Origin: Candidatus Latescibacterota bacterium
Lineage (GTDB): Bacteria; Latescibacterota; Latescibacteria; Latescibacterales; Latescibacteraceae
Length of the DNA stretch: 64,000 bases
Assembly: GCA_963668435.2 (NCBI GenBank)
Contig: CAXXSC010000008.1
Span: forward strand, 1,427,476-1,491,475
Direction: 5' to 3'
Below are positions 16,497 to 25,815 of this stretch, piece by piece. A model generated the notes under the pieces. It worked only from the letters and a program-made list of their open reading frames with translations. It searched no databases and was not told the origin of the DNA. Within the stretch, counting starts at the first letter, position 1. Every line of letters begins with the position of its first letter. The position numbers and the translations under genes are program-made.

Positions 16497-17528
16497 ATGA
16501 AAGCTCTCGTCAAGGAACAGCGCGGCACTGGCCTGTCGCTCCGCGATTCTGAAAAACCACGTCCCGGCGAAGGCGAGGTCATGATCATGGTCAAAGCCGC
16601 CGGGATCTGCGGTACCGATGTCCACATCTGGAACTGGGACAAGTGGAGTGAATCGCGCATCAAGCCGCCACTGATCACCGGGCACGAATTCGCCGGCATA
16701 GTCTGCGAAACCGGCCCCGGTGTCCAGCACATAAGCCCCGGTCAGCGTGTCAGCGCCGAGGGTCATATCGCCTGTGGAGTCTGTGAATTCTGCCGGACCG
16801 GCCAGGCGCATATCTGCCGTGATGTCGAGATCATCGGTATCGACCGTAACGGCTGTTTTGCCGAATATCTCACGGTCGACGCCCGCAACCTCTGGCCGCT
16901 TCACGACGCCATCGACGATCATCTCGCGGCGACATTCGATCCGGCGGGCAATGCCATGCATACGGTCATGGCGGAACCGGTAGCCGGCAAATCTGTTCTG
17001 CTTACCGGCGCGGGGGCTATCGGCCTGTTCGCGGTTGCGATTGCCGGGAGTCTCGGAGCCGAACCGCTTATTGTCATCGAGCCGAACGAGAGAAAACGTC
17101 AGCTCGCACTCGAGGTTGGCGCCGACTACACACTTGATCCGGCAGCCCCGAACCTTGCGGAAACCGTACTGGACGCAACCGAGGGTCTCGGCCCCAATAT
17201 CCTTCTTGAAATGTCAGGTAACCAGCACGCTATCACGAGTGGCCTCAGACTTCTCAGGAACGGTGGTACGGCATCTATGCTTGGCATTCCCTCGAAAGAG
17301 ATTACTATCGACTGGGCCAGGGATGTTATTTTTAAAGGCATCACAATCCGCGCCATTAACGGCAGGCGTATGTTCGACACCTGGTTCCAGACACAGAATT
17401 TCCTCCTGAAACATGGGGAACTTGCCCGGAAAATCATCACTCACACCATGCCGATAGATGATTATCTCCACGCATTCGATCTTCTCAATCGCGGCGAGGC
17501 GGTAAAGACAATCCTCGATGTCGCCTGA
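16497..17528 (+). CDS. tdh: L-threonine 3-dehydrogenase
   Basis: MKALVK..., AAGICGTDVHIWNWDKWS, ITGHEFAGIV and GAGAIGL closely parallel enterobacterial Tdh. Start moved from the track's GTG at 16485 to the ATG. Confidence 0.9.
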   Translation: MKALVKEQRGTGLSLRDSEKPRPGEGEVMIMVKAAGICGTDVHIWNWDKWSESRIKPPLITGHEFAGIVCETGPGVQHISPGQRVSAEGHIACGVCEFCRTGQAHICRDVEIIGIDRNGCFAEYLTVDARNLWPLHDAIDDHLAATFDPAGNAMHTVMAEPVAGKSVLLTGAGAIGLFAVAIAGSLGAEPLIVIEPNERKRQLALEVGADYTLDPAAPNLAETVLDATEGLGPNILLEMSGNQHAITSGLRLLRNGGTASMLGIPSKEITIDWARDVIFKGITIRAINGRRMFDTWFQTQNFLLKHGELARKIITHTMPIDDYLHAFDLLNRGEAVKTILDVA

Positions 17529-17670
17529 GAGGATAAAACTGTCAGGAGATCGGACTTGATATACTGCCGAATGGCAACTATACTGAAATATACTACTACT
17601 GTATAAAGTATATAGGTATAACAAATAATGTAAGCACAAGGGCAGGCGAAACCTGTAAAAGGAGTCCGGA

Positions 17671-18903
17671 ATGAAACACAGGCGTGTATGTGGGCACATG
17701 GTACAGATCACTGTTTCCTCGATTGCACTGGCGCTGTTGATTACAGCAAACGCTCTTGCAGATGGCGGATTTTCAGATGTCGGCAACATATTTCCATTTC
17801 TTGACAATTATGCCGAAAATCACGAGCCGGCCCTCTCCTATCTCACCCGTGACTGGCCGGACATGGAGCAGTGGCGTATCAGGGGACGTGCCAAAATGCA
17901 GGAACTGCTTTCCTATGAGATCGAGGGTGCCGATCTCAACCCGCAGATTCTGGAAACGTCCAAGCGCGACGGCTACACCCGCCACCTGGTCCGTTACGAT
18001 ATCGGCGGCGGAAGGCATACAGAGGCATACCTTCTCATTCCAGATGGTCTGAGCGGTCCGGCGCCTGCCGTTCTCGCCCTGCATGATCACGGGGGATTCT
18101 ACTATTTCGGCAAGGAAAAACACACGGCAACGGATAATGCGCCACAGATCCTTCTCGACCATATCGAGAGCGCATATGGCGGCAGAACTTACGCCGACGC
18201 TCTCGTTAAACGCGGATTCGTCGTTCTCTGCCCCGACGCTTTCTATTTTGGCACACAGCGCCTGGACGAGAAACTCGTATCTGAGTATTTTACGAAAAGT
18301 TATCCCGAAATGAAATCGGACGACGAAAATGTCCGTATCAAGCGTTTCAACCGTTTCGCCTCGAAACACGAAACGGTGACAGCTAAAACCATATTCTGCG
18401 CCGGCGCAACATGGCCGGGGATACTTTTCCAGGGAGACCGTGCCAGTCTCGATTATCTTCTCACCCGGCCGGAGGTTGATCCCGACAGGATCGGCTGCAT
18501 GGGATTGTCCATCGGCGGTTTTCGCAGCGCTCATCTCTTCGGCCTCGATCCGCGCATCAAGGCCGGTGTGGTCGCGGGCTGGATGACCACCTACCGCTCG
18601 CTGCTCTACGATCACCTCCGCCATCACACATGGATGATCTATGTGCCCGGCCAGTATAACTATCTCGACCTGCCCGACGTGGCAACATTGAACGCTCCCA
18701 ACGCGCTCATGGTGATAAACTGCCTTAAAGACGGTCTGTTCACCCACGAGGGCATGCGCGGCGCCGAATCAAAAATCGCCGCGGTCTACGAAAAAACCGG
18801 GCATCCCGAGCGCTTCAAATGCAATTACTACGATGTACCGCACTCGTTGAATGTAACCATGCAGGAAGATGCGTTCGACTGGCTCGAAAAATGGCTGAAA
18901 TGA
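17671..18903 (+). CDS. secreted alpha/beta hydrolase (dienelactone hydrolase / acetyl-esterase-like)
   Basis: Signal peptide ends in ITANALADG. Nucleophile elbow is [10 protein letters not shown]. An AAGGAG ribosome-binding site precedes the ATG. Confidence 0.75.
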   Translation: MKHRRVCGHMVQITVSSIALALLITANALADGGFSDVGNIFPFLDNYAENHEPALSYLTRDWPDMEQWRIRGRAKMQELLSYEIEGADLNPQILETSKRDGYTRHLVRYDIGGGRHTEAYLLIPDGLSGPAPAVLALHDHGGFYYFGKEKHTATDNAPQILLDHIESAYGGRTYADALVKRGFVVLCPDAFYFGTQRLDEKLVSEYFTKSYPEMKSDDENVRIKRFNRFASKHETVTAKTIFCAGATWPGILFQGDRASLDYLLTRPEVDPDRIGCMGLSIGGFRSAHLFGLDPRIKAGVVAGWMTTYRSLLYDHLRHHTWMIYVPGQYNYLDLPDVATLNAPNALMVINCLKDGLFTHEGMRGAESKIAAVYEKTGHPERFKCNYYDVPHSLNVTMQEDAFDWLEKWLK

Positions 18904-18949
18904 CATCATCCGCTACAACCAAAAGCAGCAACACAAACGGGATACAGCA

Positions 18950-20128
18950 ATGACACATGCCGACTCACTTTACAGGAAAAACCTCGAAGACATCGAGGCT
19001 GAGGGCACCCTGAAGCACGAACGTATTATCACCTCGCCCCAGGGTACGACGGTTACGCTCGAAGATGGCAGGGAGGTCATCAATTTCTGCGCCAATAATT
19101 ATCTCGGCCTCGCCGGTTCGAAAGCGATGACGGACGCGGCCCATACGGCACTCGACCGTTACGGTTACGGCATGAGCTCGGTGCGTTTCATCTGCGGGAC
19201 TCTCGATGTGCACCGTCAGCTCGAAAAACGGATCGCGTCCTTTCTCGGGCTCGAAGATACGGTCCTGTACTCATCCTGTTTCGACGCGAACGGCGGACTT
19301 TTCGAGACGCTGCTCGGCCCTGAAGACGCGATCATCAGCGACAGCCTCAATCACGCCTCGATCATTGACGGCATCAGGCTCTCGAAAGCACAGCGTTTCA
19401 TCTATCCCAACAGCGACATGGCCGCACTCGAGGAAAGGCTCAGGGAGGCATCATCCTGCCGGGTAAGGCTCATCGTCACGGACGGCGTTTTCAGCATGGA
19501 CGGCATCGTGGCGAAGCTCCCCGACATCTGCGATCTCGCCGACAAGTATGATGCCCTCGTCATGGTCGACGATTCCCACGCAACCGGCGTTATCGGCGCA
19601 ACAGGGAGCGGCAGCCACGAGGCGACAGGCGCAATGGGCCGTATCGATATCATAACCGGAACGTTCGGTAAGGCACTCGGCGGCGCCTCGGGCGGATTCA
19701 CCGCGGCAAGTTCAGCGATTACCGACCTGCTCCGTCAGCGCTCGCGCCCCTACCTGTTTTCCAACTCGCTCAGCCCGATGATCGCCTCGGCTACAATCGC
19801 GGCGCTCGACCTCCTTGAGGACTCCCCGGAGCTTCTCCAGCGGCTTGCGAAAAACACTGATCGGTTCAGAAATGGCATGGAAACGCAGGGATTCACACTC
19901 ACAGGAACCGGACACCCAATCGTGCCGGTCATGTACGGTGATGCACGTCTTGCGGGACGCACCGCCGAATATCTCCTGGAAGTGGGTATCTACGCAGTCG
20001 CATTCAGCTTTCCAGTCGTCCCGAAAGACAAGGCCCGTATCAGATTGCAGCTCTCGGCGGCCCACACGAATGAGCAGATTGACAGGACAATCGAGGCGTT
20101 TGTGGCCGCACGGAAACAACTCGGCTAA
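18950..20128 (+). CDS. kbl: glycine C-acetyltransferase (2-amino-3-ketobutyrate CoA ligase)
   Basis: [50 protein letters not shown], and the PLP-lysine context [13 protein letters not shown]. Confidence 0.9.
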   Translation: MTHADSLYRKNLEDIEAEGTLKHERIITSPQGTTVTLEDGREVINFCANNYLGLAGSKAMTDAAHTALDRYGYGMSSVRFICGTLDVHRQLEKRIASFLGLEDTVLYSSCFDANGGLFETLLGPEDAIISDSLNHASIIDGIRLSKAQRFIYPNSDMAALEERLREASSCRVRLIVTDGVFSMDGIVAKLPDICDLADKYDALVMVDDSHATGVIGATGSGSHEATGAMGRIDIITGTFGKALGGASGGFTAASSAITDLLRQRSRPYLFSNSLSPMIASATIAALDLLEDSPELLQRLAKNTDRFRNGMETQGFTLTGTGHPIVPVMYGDARLAGRTAEYLLEVGIYAVAFSFPVVPKDKARIRLQLSAAHTNEQIDRTIEAFVAARKQLG

Positions 20129-20188
20129 CTTTTTGAAGCACAGTTTTTTTCATTCATTTCAATATTGCAGTATTCAGGCAAAAAATCC

Positions 20189-20217
20189 TTGCGGTTTACC
20201 AGTGTCCACATTATATT
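20189..20217 (+). promoter_or_regulatory. sigma70-like promoter candidate for rpsU
   Basis: TTGCGG, 17-nt spacer, TATATT. Confidence 0.4.
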
Positions 20218-20296
20218 AGGTTTTCTGAGGATTTCAGGATTCAAACCTAATGATCACATTATTACGATTGTTTGAAGGGGGGTTTGGCCAAGCCGA

Positions 20297-20494
20297 ATGC
20301 CGGGAGTTAAAGTCAGAGACGAGGAATCATTCGAAAAAGCGCTGAAACGCTTCAAAAAAGCCTGCGAAAAAGCCGGGATCATCTCCGAGATGAAGAAACA
20401 TCAGCATTATGAGAAGCCCAGCGAGAAACGGAAACGCAAGCTCAATGCCGCGAAGCGCAAGCGGATGAAATTGGAAAAGATATTTTCCAGATGA
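20297..20494 (+). CDS. rpsU: 30S ribosomal protein S21
   Basis: [48 protein letters not shown]. Confidence 0.9.
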   Translation: MPGVKVRDEESFEKALKRFKKACEKAGIISEMKKHQHYEKPSEKRKRKLNAAKRKRMKLEKIFSR

Positions 20495-20522
20495 GGTATC
20501 GAGATGCTCGATCCGTTGTAAG

Positions 20523-20556
20523 GCGGCAGTCTTTTTCTATGAGACTGCCGCTTTTG
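20523..20556 (+). terminator. rho-independent terminator after rpsU
   Basis: 10-bp stem GCGGCAGTCT / AGACTGCCGC with a 9-nt loop, then TTTT. Confidence 0.7.
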
Positions 20557-20590
20557 CGTTTCAAACGGTTTGGCAGGCAGGAGAATCACT

Positions 20591-21151
20591 ATGTTAAACG
20601 GATTTGACATATTTTTTGCTGTCGTGACAATTGGATTCGCGATACTCGGATTCAGGGAGGGTTTTGTTAAAAGCATTCTCAACCTGATCGGATTCGTGGC
20701 CGCTGTCATTGTCGTGCTGGCTTTTTCCCAGACGATCTTTGCTATTGCGGAGCTCATCCCGGTCCTGCCGCATGCTCTCAGCGCCTTTATCCTTTTTATA
20801 ACGGCGGTCGTTGCCTGTACCGTGATCGTTCACATCATAGCCTCCTTTGTCCAGAAACTCGTACACATGACACCGGCGGCTTTTATCGACAACGGGCTCG
20901 GTTGTGCGTTCGGCATTGTCAAGGCGCTCGTACTCGGCGGCATTGTCGCTTTTGTGCTGTCATGTGCGCCGCAGGGCAGTTTTGTGAGATTGCAGTATGA
21001 CAATTCCGTCTCGGCACCGCACCTCGTTACTTTCATTGCGGAGAGCATACCGTTTATCAGCCGTCTGACGCCCTATTATCCATCATTTACACCTGAACCA
21101 TCAGAACCGGAACAGAAACAAAATGAACAAAGAGAAAAAAACCTCATATAA
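20591..21151 (+). CDS. cvpA: CvpA-family membrane protein
   Basis: MLNGFDIFFAVVTIGFAILGFREGFVKSILNLIGFV plus about four TM segments. Start taken at the internal ATG (the track starts at 20570). Confidence 0.75.
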   Translation: MLNGFDIFFAVVTIGFAILGFREGFVKSILNLIGFVAAVIVVLAFSQTIFAIAELIPVLPHALSAFILFITAVVACTVIVHIIASFVQKLVHMTPAAFIDNGLGCAFGIVKALVLGGIVAFVLSCAPQGSFVRLQYDNSVSAPHLVTFIAESIPFISRLTPYYPSFTPEPSEPEQKQNEQREKNLI

Positions 21152-23537
21152 ATACAACAGCCACGCGCTCGAGGTTCTCGAATTCGACCGTATCCTCGAC
21201 ATCGTGGCATCGCTGGCCGACTCCGGCTCAGCACAGGAAACAATCCGCGGATTAGTCCCGGTCACCGACATCTCCATAGTGCGGGAACGCCTCGAGGAAA
21301 CCGGCGAAGTTATGCGGGCCATACAGTTCGACGACGCCCTTCCCGGCATCTCGCTGCATGACATGAGCAAGGTTTATCCCCTGCTGAAAATCAGCGGTTA
21401 CAACCTCGGCATCGAGATCATCGCCGATATGGCGGATAATTTTGAAACAGCGCGGCATCTTTACAGCTATGCTGAAGACCGTAGTGAAAAATACCCCCGT
21501 TTCTGGAACATTGTCGAGAATGTGGCGACTTTCGAAAGCCTGGAAAACAGGATCAGGAACACGATCACACCCAGTCTGGAGATCGCTGACAATGCCTCTC
21601 CCGCACTGCGCCAGATACGGCGCAAACTGGAACGTGCCCGTGACTCCCTGAGAAACCTTGTCGATAAAGCGCTCGCATCCATCGCCGACGATGTCGTTGC
21701 GGAACGTCTGGTGACCATAAGGAACAACCGTTTCGTCATCCCGGTCAGGGACAGCATGAAAAACAAGGTTCCCGGCGCGGTTCACGACCGTTCGCAGTCG
21801 GGCAGGACACTCTTCATCGAGCCGCTTGCCTCTATCGAGGGCAACAACGAGCTTATCGAGCTGGAAATGGCCGAGCAGGCGGAAATCATCCGCATCCTCA
21901 CCGAGCTGAGTGCTGAGATAGCGGAGCACCGAATAGAAATCGAAAAGAATCAGGCCATCCTTGTCAGATGCGGAGTGATCAAGGCGAAAGCACGCTACGG
22001 CGCCGCTGTTAACGCAGTCATCCCGGAGATCGAGGACCGGCCTGTCATCGCTATCAAGAACGGCCGTCACCCACTCCTGCAATGGAAACTGAAAAAGCAG
22101 GACAACGGTGATAATGTCGTGCCTCTCGACCTCATCCTCGGCGGCGACAGCAGGACAGTAGTCGTGACCGGACCCAATGCCGGCGGTAAAACGGTCGCGC
22201 TTAAAACAGTCGGACTCATGACAGTGATGGGACTCTGCGGAATCCCGCTTCCGGCTGACAGCGGCACATCCATATGTGTTCCCACGGACATTTTCGCGGA
22301 CATCGGCGACGAGCAATCGGTGGAAAACGACCTCAGCACGTTCTCATCGCACATGCAGCAAATCGTAACCGTCCTCAAGGAGGCGGCACCCGGTGCGCTC
22401 GTGCTTTTCGACGAGCTCGGCGGCGGCACGAATCCGGCCGATGGCGAGGCTATAGCCCTTGCCGTGCTGAAACGGCTGACCGACCTCGGCGCCCTGACTG
22501 TCGCGACCACGCATCACGACGGTCTCAAGGTCTTTGCCCACGAAAGTGAGGGTGTGATCAACGCCTCGATGGAGTTCGACAACGAGCGCCTGATGCCGAC
22601 ATTCCGGCTCAGAACCGGCGTGCCAGGATCATCCTACGCATTCGAGATCGCCGCACGTTTCGGTATGCCCGAGGAGGTTCTGCAGGATGCGATTTCTCTC
22701 GCGGGCAGTGAACGGAAAAGCCTCGAAGGCCTCATTGCAAAACTCGAGGACCAGGTCAGGATTGCCGAGGATGCCCGCCGCGATGCCGAAAAATCCCGTC
22801 TGGAAATGGAAAAGCTCCGGAGTGATTACAAGCAGAAGCGAGACGATATCAGCGAGCGCCGCCGGGAACTGATTGATGACGCGGTTCTCGAATCGAAAAA
22901 AGTGCTCGAGGATGTCAACCGCCGTATCGAGCTCTCAGTCAAGAATATCAAGGAAAACAATGCCTCGAAAGAGGCCATAAAAAGCGCCCAGGAAGAGGTT
23001 GGCAAACTCAAGGAGCAGGTTGTCAAGGCTTCCCGTCGCGCGAAACCGAAAGCTAAACAGGACAAGCGGGAAAAGGCGAAAAATCCCGAACCGGGAATGA
23101 CAGTATGGTCAGACTCACTCGCCTCCGCCGCGGAAATTGTCGAGATGCTCGATGGCGGCTCCAAGGCCCGTGTCAGGATCGGCACGAGCAAGGCTACCGT
23201 GGTCGTGAAAACGAACAGCCTTTTCGAGCACCATGAAAAAACCGAAAAGAAAAAGCAGGTGGTCAGGGTAAATGTTAGTTCATCGCGGGTTGACTCGAAC
23301 GAGGTCGACCTTCGGGGAATGACATTCGACGAGGCAAAAGACGAGCTCGAAATGTTCTTCGACCGCCTTCGCATGACAAACCTTGACACAGCTCATGTCA
23401 TCCACGGCAAGGGCACCGGGGCGCTGAGAAAGAAAATCAGCGTTTTTCTCGACAAACACCCGCAGGTAATGGAACACCGTCTGGGCGCCTGGAATGAAGG
23501 CAGCTACGGTGTCACCATCGTTACACTCAAACGTTGA
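21123..23537 (+). CDS. mutS2: endonuclease MutS2
   Basis: Walker A is VVTGPNAGGKTVALKT, followed by a long coiled-coil. C-terminal Smr domain reads VDLRGMTFDEA...HVIHGKGTGALRK. Overlaps cvpA by 29 nt. Confidence 0.9.
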   Translation: MNKEKKTSYKYNSHALEVLEFDRILDIVASLADSGSAQETIRGLVPVTDISIVRERLEETGEVMRAIQFDDALPGISLHDMSKVYPLLKISGYNLGIEIIADMADNFETARHLYSYAEDRSEKYPRFWNIVENVATFESLENRIRNTITPSLEIADNASPALRQIRRKLERARDSLRNLVDKALASIADDVVAERLVTIRNNRFVIPVRDSMKNKVPGAVHDRSQSGRTLFIEPLASIEGNNELIELEMAEQAEIIRILTELSAEIAEHRIEIEKNQAILVRCGVIKAKARYGAAVNAVIPEIEDRPVIAIKNGRHPLLQWKLKKQDNGDNVVPLDLILGGDSRTVVVTGPNAGGKTVALKTVGLMTVMGLCGIPLPADSGTSICVPTDIFADIGDEQSVENDLSTFSSHMQQIVTVLKEAAPGALVLFDELGGGTNPADGEAIALAVLKRLTDLGALTVATTHHDGLKVFAHESEGVINASMEFDNERLMPTFRLRTGVPGSSYAFEIAARFGMPEEVLQDAISLAGSERKSLEGLIAKLEDQVRIAEDARRDAEKSRLEMEKLRSDYKQKRDDISERRRELIDDAVLESKKVLEDVNRRIELSVKNIKENNASKEAIKSAQEEVGKLKEQVVKASRRAKPKAKQDKREKAKNPEPGMTVWSDSLASAAEIVEMLDGGSKARVRIGTSKATVVVKTNSLFEHHEKTEKKKQVVRVNVSSSRVDSNEVDLRGMTFDEAKDELEMFFDRLRMTNLDTAHVIHGKGTGALRKKISVFLDKHPQVMEHRLGAWNEGSYGVTIVTLKR

Positions 23538-23551
23538 CAAAGGACTTGGGG

Positions 23552-24625
23552 ATGAAGGAACGAAGTGAACGTGAAATAGAACTTATGAATGCAATAGAAG
23601 CACTACCGGAACGAGGACTCGAACTGGCGCGAATAACGTCGGTCAACCGAAGCGGCTATACCGTGCGTACAGGAAACAGGGACATGCAGGCAGATGCCAG
23701 TGGCAAACTCCTTTTCGCCATCGAATGCGGCGACAAGTCTCCGGCAACAGGGGATTGGGCGGCGATCATGCCGGTCGAAGGCGGCGACAGAGCAGTCATC
23801 ATCGAGCTTCTGCCACGCAGGACCATGCTCGCCCGTCAGACTGCAGGAAAACGGATCGCCGAACAGGTAATCGCGTCAAATATCGATGTCATTTTTATAG
23901 TCATCGGCCTCGACGGCAACTATAAACCCAGTCGTATCGAACGCTATCTCACGGCAGCGAAGGGAAGCGGCGCGGAAGCTGTCGTGATACTGACAAAAGC
24001 CGACCTCCACACGGAAGATGAGCTTACCGACATCGTAGAGGAGGCGCAAAAATCATCCGGCGGCAGCCCTGTTCATGCTATATCTTCGCTCAGCGGCAGC
24101 GGCATAGAAACAGTCAGGGATTATCTTACGCCCGATATCACCATCTGCTTCATCGGATCTTCGGGTGTCGGCAAATCAACGCTGATCAACCGTCTTGCCG
24201 GCTTCGACATGCTCGCGACAGCCGAGGTACGGGGAAAAGACTCGAAAGGCCGTCACACAACGACCCGGCGTGAACTGATCTATTTCGATAACGGCAGCGC
24301 TCTCATCGACACGCCCGGTATGCGGGAATTCGGCATCTGGGACGACAGCGCCGATGTCGGTGCGGCTTTCACCGATATCGAGGCACTCACGGAAAACTGC
24401 CGTTTCGCCGACTGCAAGCACGAGAATGAGCCGGGCTGCGCGATCCTCGAGGCCATCGAGGACGGCAGTCTCGATCCCAAACGCTTCAAGAGCTATAAGA
24501 AACTGTTGCGTGAGGTGCGATTCGCCTCGGAGAACAAGCGCGAATACCTCCGCGAAAAAGATAACCTGTTTAAAGGTTATCACAAAATGACAAAAGAAAT
24601 ATACCGGCGGAAAGGCCGTCTCTGA
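23552..24625 (+). CDS. rsgA: ribosome small-subunit-dependent GTPase A
   Basis: Circularly permuted GTPase: ILTKADL comes before GSSGVGKSTLINRL. Zn knuckle is CRFADCKHENEPGCAI. ATG chosen over the track's TTG at 23534. Confidence 0.9.
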   Translation: MKERSEREIELMNAIEALPERGLELARITSVNRSGYTVRTGNRDMQADASGKLLFAIECGDKSPATGDWAAIMPVEGGDRAVIIELLPRRTMLARQTAGKRIAEQVIASNIDVIFIVIGLDGNYKPSRIERYLTAAKGSGAEAVVILTKADLHTEDELTDIVEEAQKSSGGSPVHAISSLSGSGIETVRDYLTPDITICFIGSSGVGKSTLINRLAGFDMLATAEVRGKDSKGRHTTTRRELIYFDNGSALIDTPGMREFGIWDDSADVGAAFTDIEALTENCRFADCKHENEPGCAILEAIEDGSLDPKRFKSYKKLLREVRFASENKREYLREKDNLFKGYHKMTKEIYRRKGRL

Positions 24626-24651
24626 CAGCCCCGCATCGCATAGGACATAAC

Positions 24652-25710
24652 ATGTATACAAGAAATGAAACACGGCAGATCAGCATTCGCGGCCTCGCTG
24701 TCGGCGGAGGAAGTCCGGTCCGTATCCAGTCCATGACCAACACCGATACGCGGGATGTGGAGGCGACTGTCGGACAGGCAAAACGTCTTGCCTCGGCAGG
24801 CTGCGAGATCATCCGCATCGCAATACCCGACGAGACAGCCGCTGAGGCACTCAAAGAAATACGCGCGGCACTGGATATTCCCCTCGTCGCCGACATCCAT
24901 TTCAAGCATACGCTGGCACTTCGGGCTCTCGAGGCAGGCATCGACAAGCTCAGGATCAATCCAGGCAACATCGGATCGTCCGATCGTGTCAGGGAGGTTG
25001 CCGAGGCGGCAAAAGAGAGGGGAGTGCCTATCCGGGTCGGCGTAAACGCGGGCTCGCTTCGAAAAGATATCCTGGAACGTCACGGGCACCCGACTCCGGA
25101 GGCTCTGGCTGAAAGCGCATTCGAGGAGGTCGATGTGCTCAACGAGGCCGGATTCGAGGATGTCGCTGTCTCGATCAAGGCATCGAATGTTATGAACACG
25201 CTCAAGGCAAACCTGCTTTTCGCGGAGAAAAAAAACAATCCCCTGCATCTCGGTATAACAGAATCCGGCACACTTGCCTACGGCACCATCAAATCCTCAT
25301 GCGGACTCGGCGCACTGCTCTCGCACGGAATTGGCGATACAATGAGGGTATCGCTTACGGCCGATCCGGTCGAGGAGGTGCGCGTCGGCATCGCTATCCT
25401 CAAGTCGGCGGGCCTTCGTCAGGCAGGCGCGGAGGTCGTGAGCTGCCCTACCTGCGGCAGGACCGAGGTCGACATCATTTCACTCGCGAAAGAGGTCGAA
25501 TCGCGCGCTGAAAAAATCAGCACACCAATCAGCATCGCGGTCATGGGCTGCGTGGTCAACGGTCCGGGAGAGGCACGTGAGTCCGATTACGGTATCGCGG
25601 GCGGCAAAGGCGAGGGCCTTCTGTTCAGAAAAGGCGAGATCATCGGCAAGGTCCCGGAAGCTGAACTTGTCGACTCACTTTTCGACCTCATCAGAAAAGA
25701 CCTTGGCTGA
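24652..25710 (+). CDS. ispG: 4-hydroxy-3-methylbut-2-en-1-yl diphosphate synthase
   Basis: VRIQSMTNTDTRDVEATV, IIRIAIPD, VSCPTCGRT, MGCVVNGPGE. Confidence 0.92.
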   Translation: MYTRNETRQISIRGLAVGGGSPVRIQSMTNTDTRDVEATVGQAKRLASAGCEIIRIAIPDETAAEALKEIRAALDIPLVADIHFKHTLALRALEAGIDKLRINPGNIGSSDRVREVAEAAKERGVPIRVGVNAGSLRKDILERHGHPTPEALAESAFEEVDVLNEAGFEDVAVSIKASNVMNTLKANLLFAEKKNNPLHLGITESGTLAYGTIKSSCGLGALLSHGIGDTMRVSLTADPVEEVRVGIAILKSAGLRQAGAEVVSCPTCGRTEVDIISLAKEVESRAEKISTPISIAVMGCVVNGPGEARESDYGIAGGKGEGLLFRKGEIIGKVPEAELVDSLFDLIRKDLG

Positions 25711-25755
25711 ATCAGGTTTTTATTATCGCAACAAATATTTGATTTTACGAAACAT

Positions 25756-25793
25756 AAAAAACGGGAATGCGCTGAAAAGGCATTCCCGTTTTT
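25756..25793. terminator. bidirectional rho-independent terminator between convergent ispG and the Omp85-family gene
   Basis: 9-bp stem CGGGAATGC / GCATTCCCG, with an A-run upstream and a T-run downstream. Confidence 0.7.
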
Positions 25794-25815
25794 CATTGCA
25801 TCAGCATTTGTGCAC

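Noticed and set aside
17560-17595. Three TATACT(G/A) repeats in the tdh-hydrolase intergenic region
   Set aside because: They could be -10 boxes or a regulator site. However, the motif is short, AT-rich and irregularly spaced (19 and 10 nt), so it cannot be distinguished from chance without comparative data.
17773-18747. 324-aa minus-strand ORF
   Set aside because: It is antisense to the alpha/beta hydrolase gene, and no motifs were recognised. Shadow ORF.
20215-20251. 9-bp inverted repeat ATTAGGTTT / AAACCTAAT in the rpsU leader
   Set aside because: It could be an autoregulatory hairpin. It overlaps the proposed -10 element and is AT-rich, so there is not enough evidence to call it a feature.
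21252-22316. 354-aa minus-strand ORF
   Set aside because: It is antisense to mutS2, whose Walker A and Smr motifs fix the coding strand.
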